DNA of 62,254 bases, filler included, from Candidatus Nanoarchaeia archaeon (lineage in GTDB: Archaea > Nanobdellota > Nanobdellia > Woesearchaeales > DATDTY01): assembly GCA_035290625.1 (NCBI GenBank). It is 3 parts of 3 records of this genome, joined end to end, with 100 filler letters (N's around TTAATTAATTAA, not from the genome) between each part and the next. Parts side by side here need not be neighbours in the genome. Positions count along the whole stretch, not along the records: positions 39,226 to 62,254 come from DATDTY010000058.1; 2 more parts are not named here. One strand, 5' to 3'. Positions within the stretch are counted from its first letter, which is position 1. Every line of letters starts with the position of its first letter. Of the stretch, positions 60,009-62,254 are shown piece by piece. Under the pieces are notes generated by a model. The model was given only the letters and a program-made list of their open reading frames with translations, made no database searches and was not told where the DNA came from. The translations under genes and the position numbers were made by a program.

Positions 60009-61448
60009 ATGCCATCTTTTAACGTCAAGGAACTCAAAAAGATCGACTGGAAACTCATGGCGAACCGGAGGGAGGCGCTTCTGTTCAGGTCTATCACTGA
60101 CAATGCCTATGCTCAATTCGAAACTTTGACAGGGATCCCCTGGAGAGCCAACTCTGTCCTCTGGTTCAGTGATGGGGATATGATCTTTAGCGAGGCTGAA
60201 GTTGAAAAGCTGCGCTCCGTCTTTGTGAAAGGAGGGATAACTCTTCTTTCTAGCTTTCGCGACAAGCTGATTCGCGCTGTCCAGGCATTTGATGACTTCA
60301 GCCATAGCCTTGAAGGGATTGATTACAGCAGAAAAACGAAAGCTGAGCTTCTTAGCCTTACAGAAACGTATTTCACGATGGCCCTTTCCAGCCATGCATT
60401 CCTATTTCCTGTTTTTGTTTCTGATGGCGTAATCTCAAGGCTGATCCTTGATCTGCTGCCTGGGTCGGACGATGAAAAGCAATCCAGGCTTTCAGTCTTA
60501 GTATATCCTGAAAAAGAAAACATCCATGTACAGGAAGAACTGGATTTTTATCGGATTGTTGGAGCCAAGGGAAATCGAGACCGCCTTATTGCATCCCATC
60601 TTCAGAAGTACGCCTGGATAGGAGCACGGTGGTACTTTTTTGAGAACTTCTGGAGAACGGAAGATGTCTTGGGGCGGGTACAAAGTGGTTGCCACAAAGA
60701 CCCTCGGAAGGAGATCGAGGCTCTGAACATGCTTAGGAGGCAGATCCTTACCTCTGCCAAAGACTTGGAGAAAAGACTGGAAATTGCTCCTGGATCTTTG
60801 CTCTCAAAGTATATCTGTCTTGCCAGAGAATTTGCTTATTTGCGCACCTGGAGGACTGATGTGGTGTACCGAGCAGGTTACTTGGCAAGAGGCTTGTTCT
60901 ATGAAATTTCTAAACGAGCTGGATTAAAGAAAGAGGATGTAATCTATCTTACGTTCTCAGAAGCTGTAGACACGGCAAAGACGGGACGAATGCCGGTATC
61001 CCTGCAAACCATTCATAAGCGGAAAAAAGCCTTTGCTACAATGCTCTTCAATGGGGACTATATCGTTCTTGTTGATGAGAAGCAGATAGAGGCGTTGCGG
61101 AGCTTGGTCAAGCAAGTACCTGTATCAGATTCTGTCAAGGGCAGCGTTGCGTTTTCAGGAAAGGCAAGCGGGAAAGTAAAAATCGTCTTTACAACGGAAG
61201 ACCTCAAGCATTTCAGGTTAGGTGATATCTTGATTGCTGTCATGACCTTTCCGCACTTCATTTCTGCTATGGAAAAAGCAGCAGCGATTGTTACTGATGA
61301 GGGTGGCATTACCTGCCATGCGACGATTGTGGCTCGTGAGTTTAAGATTCCAACTATCATTGGAACAAAGATAGCGACAAAAGTTTTTAAGGACGGCGAT
61401 CTTGTTGAGGTTGATGCTGATAAAGGGGTTGCCCGGATACTGAGATAA
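60009..61448 (+). CDS. PEP-utiliser mobile domain protein, paralogue 9
   Basis: TDEGGITCHATIVAREFKIPTIIG. Confidence 0.9.
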   Translation: MPSFNVKELKKIDWKLMANRREALLFRSITDNAYAQFETLTGIPWRANSVLWFSDGDMIFSEAEVEKLRSVFVKGGITLLSSFRDKLIRAVQAFDDFSHSLEGIDYSRKTKAELLSLTETYFTMALSSHAFLFPVFVSDGVISRLILDLLPGSDDEKQSRLSVLVYPEKENIHVQEELDFYRIVGAKGNRDRLIASHLQKYAWIGARWYFFENFWRTEDVLGRVQSGCHKDPRKEIEALNMLRRQILTSAKDLEKRLEIAPGSLLSKYICLAREFAYLRTWRTDVVYRAGYLARGLFYEISKRAGLKKEDVIYLTFSEAVDTAKTGRMPVSLQTIHKRKKAFATMLFNGDYIVLVDEKQIEALRSLVKQVPVSDSVKGSVAFSGKASGKVKIVFTTEDLKHFRLGDILIAVMTFPHFISAMEKAAAIVTDEGGITCHATIVAREFKIPTIIGTKIATKVFKDGDLVEVDADKGVARILR

Positions 61449-61495
61449 CAATAAACAGAAATGTTTATAAATAATGAACACTTCGTTCTATTAAA

Positions 61496-62035
61496 ATGAA
61501 CATATTCCCCTTGCTTACAAGCACGAATATCAGGATACTCAAGTTAATAGACAAAGAGCAGCTTCACATACGGGATATTGCAGATAATCTGGGGATCTCT
61601 CCGGGAACTGTTCATAAGCTTGCCGCTTTCTTAAAAAAAACCGGATTAGCATCTGAAACAAAGCAGAAGAACAGGATACTCCTCAGCTTAAACAAACACC
61701 ATCCCATACTAAAAGAGATAAAACGCATAATCAATTTCAATGATATCCTCAATGCGCCTGCGTACCGCAAGCTGAGGAAATTCGGGAAAATCGGGATTTA
61801 CGGAAGTTTTGCAAGCGGCACGAATGACAAGGACAGCGATCTGGATATCTGGATTCAGACAAGTCGGAAAGAGCTTGAGTTACGGCCCCTTATACGGGAA
61901 TTGGAAAAGCGATTAAACACGAGAGTAAATCCTGTGTTCCTGACGAGCCAAAAGATAATCTCCTTAAAGAAGGACGACCCTGAGTTTTATACAAGATTAT
62001 TGTTAACATCAATCGGTGACTTATTTGATCAATGA
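61496..62035 (+). CDS. wHTH-nucleotidyltransferase (MNT) fusion
   Basis: HIRDIADNLGISPGTVH HTH; IYGSFASG....DSDLDIWI. Confidence 0.88.
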   Translation: MNIFPLLTSTNIRILKLIDKEQLHIRDIADNLGISPGTVHKLAAFLKKTGLASETKQKNRILLSLNKHHPILKEIKRIINFNDILNAPAYRKLRKFGKIGIYGSFASGTNDKDSDLDIWIQTSRKELELRPLIRELEKRLNTRVNPVFLTSQKIISLKKDDPEFYTRLLLTSIGDLFDQ

Positions 62036-62254
62036 GAAAGAATGCTTTCAGAAAGGCCTCTTAAGAAAGACCTCCCCTCAATTGGACCTGGCTAAGAAGG
62101 ATTTGAAACAGGCAGAGTTCTTCCTTAAAGAAGCAGAGGAATTATTAGATCTGAAAAAGAAGCACATAGCAGCATTATCCTTATATAATGCGTTCTTCCA
62201 TGCAGCAAGGTCATTATTGTTTAAGGACGGAATCAAAGAAAGAAGCCATTATTG
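62025..62254 (+). CDS. HEPN-domain protein, truncated by window end (not in ORF track)
   Basis: TTG start after GGTGA; INEKECFQKGLLRK...AEFFLKEAEE...LYNAFFHAARSLLFKDGIKERSH. Confidence 0.85.
   Translation, partial: MINEKECFQKGLLRKTSPQLDLAKKDLKQAEFFLKEAEELLDLKKKHIAALSLYNAFFHAARSLLFKDGIKERSHY

Noticed and set aside
59098..61387. Near-identical 115-bp pair as a diversity-generating retroelement TR/VR
   Set aside because: Both copies are in-frame coding, there are only three transitions in mixed directions, and no reverse transcriptase is in the window
44817..61448. Annotating the nine paralogues as PEP synthase (ppsA), PPDK or PTS Enzyme I
   Set aside because: Only the mobile His domain is present; ATP-grasp and PEP-binding barrel motifs are absent and the proteins are too short

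Overview
Archaeal genome window, most likely from a DPANN (Woesearchaeota-like) metagenome assembly. This is inferred from topoisomerase VI, aIF5A, Rio1/KH, an A-type ATP synthase, a class III pilin and TATA-type promoters. It contains three contigs joined by N-padded TTAATTAATTAA linkers at 21730-21829 and 39126-39225. Contig 1 carries the right end of an IS200/IS605 element disrupting a probable integrase beside tRNA-Cys, a DMT transporter, an aIF5A lacking the hypusine lysine, tRNA-Arg and top6AB. It also has a pilin, an Ig-repeat surface protein and a 1991-aa RHS/YD-Hint protein sharing the same N-terminal module, plus Rio1/KH and AAA ATPases. Contig 2 carries hsp20-grpE-dnaK-dnaJ, two copies of a structured MITE-like repeat, a three-gene proton-translocating transhydrogenase and the A-type ATP synthase operon. 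Contig 3 holds the most striking feature, a ~18-kb locus with nine co-oriented paralogues. Each has a divergent helical N-terminal domain fused to a conserved phospho-histidine swivel (PEP-utiliser mobile) domain, and none has an ATP-grasp or PEP-binding barrel. The locus is headed by a Pta-like gene with altered catalytic residues and is interleaved with toxin-antitoxin pairs and an AT-rich radical SAM/TrmB block. Patchwork near-identity at the paralogues' 3' ends suggests cassette-style recombination. All calls come from motif reading by eye; no searches were run.
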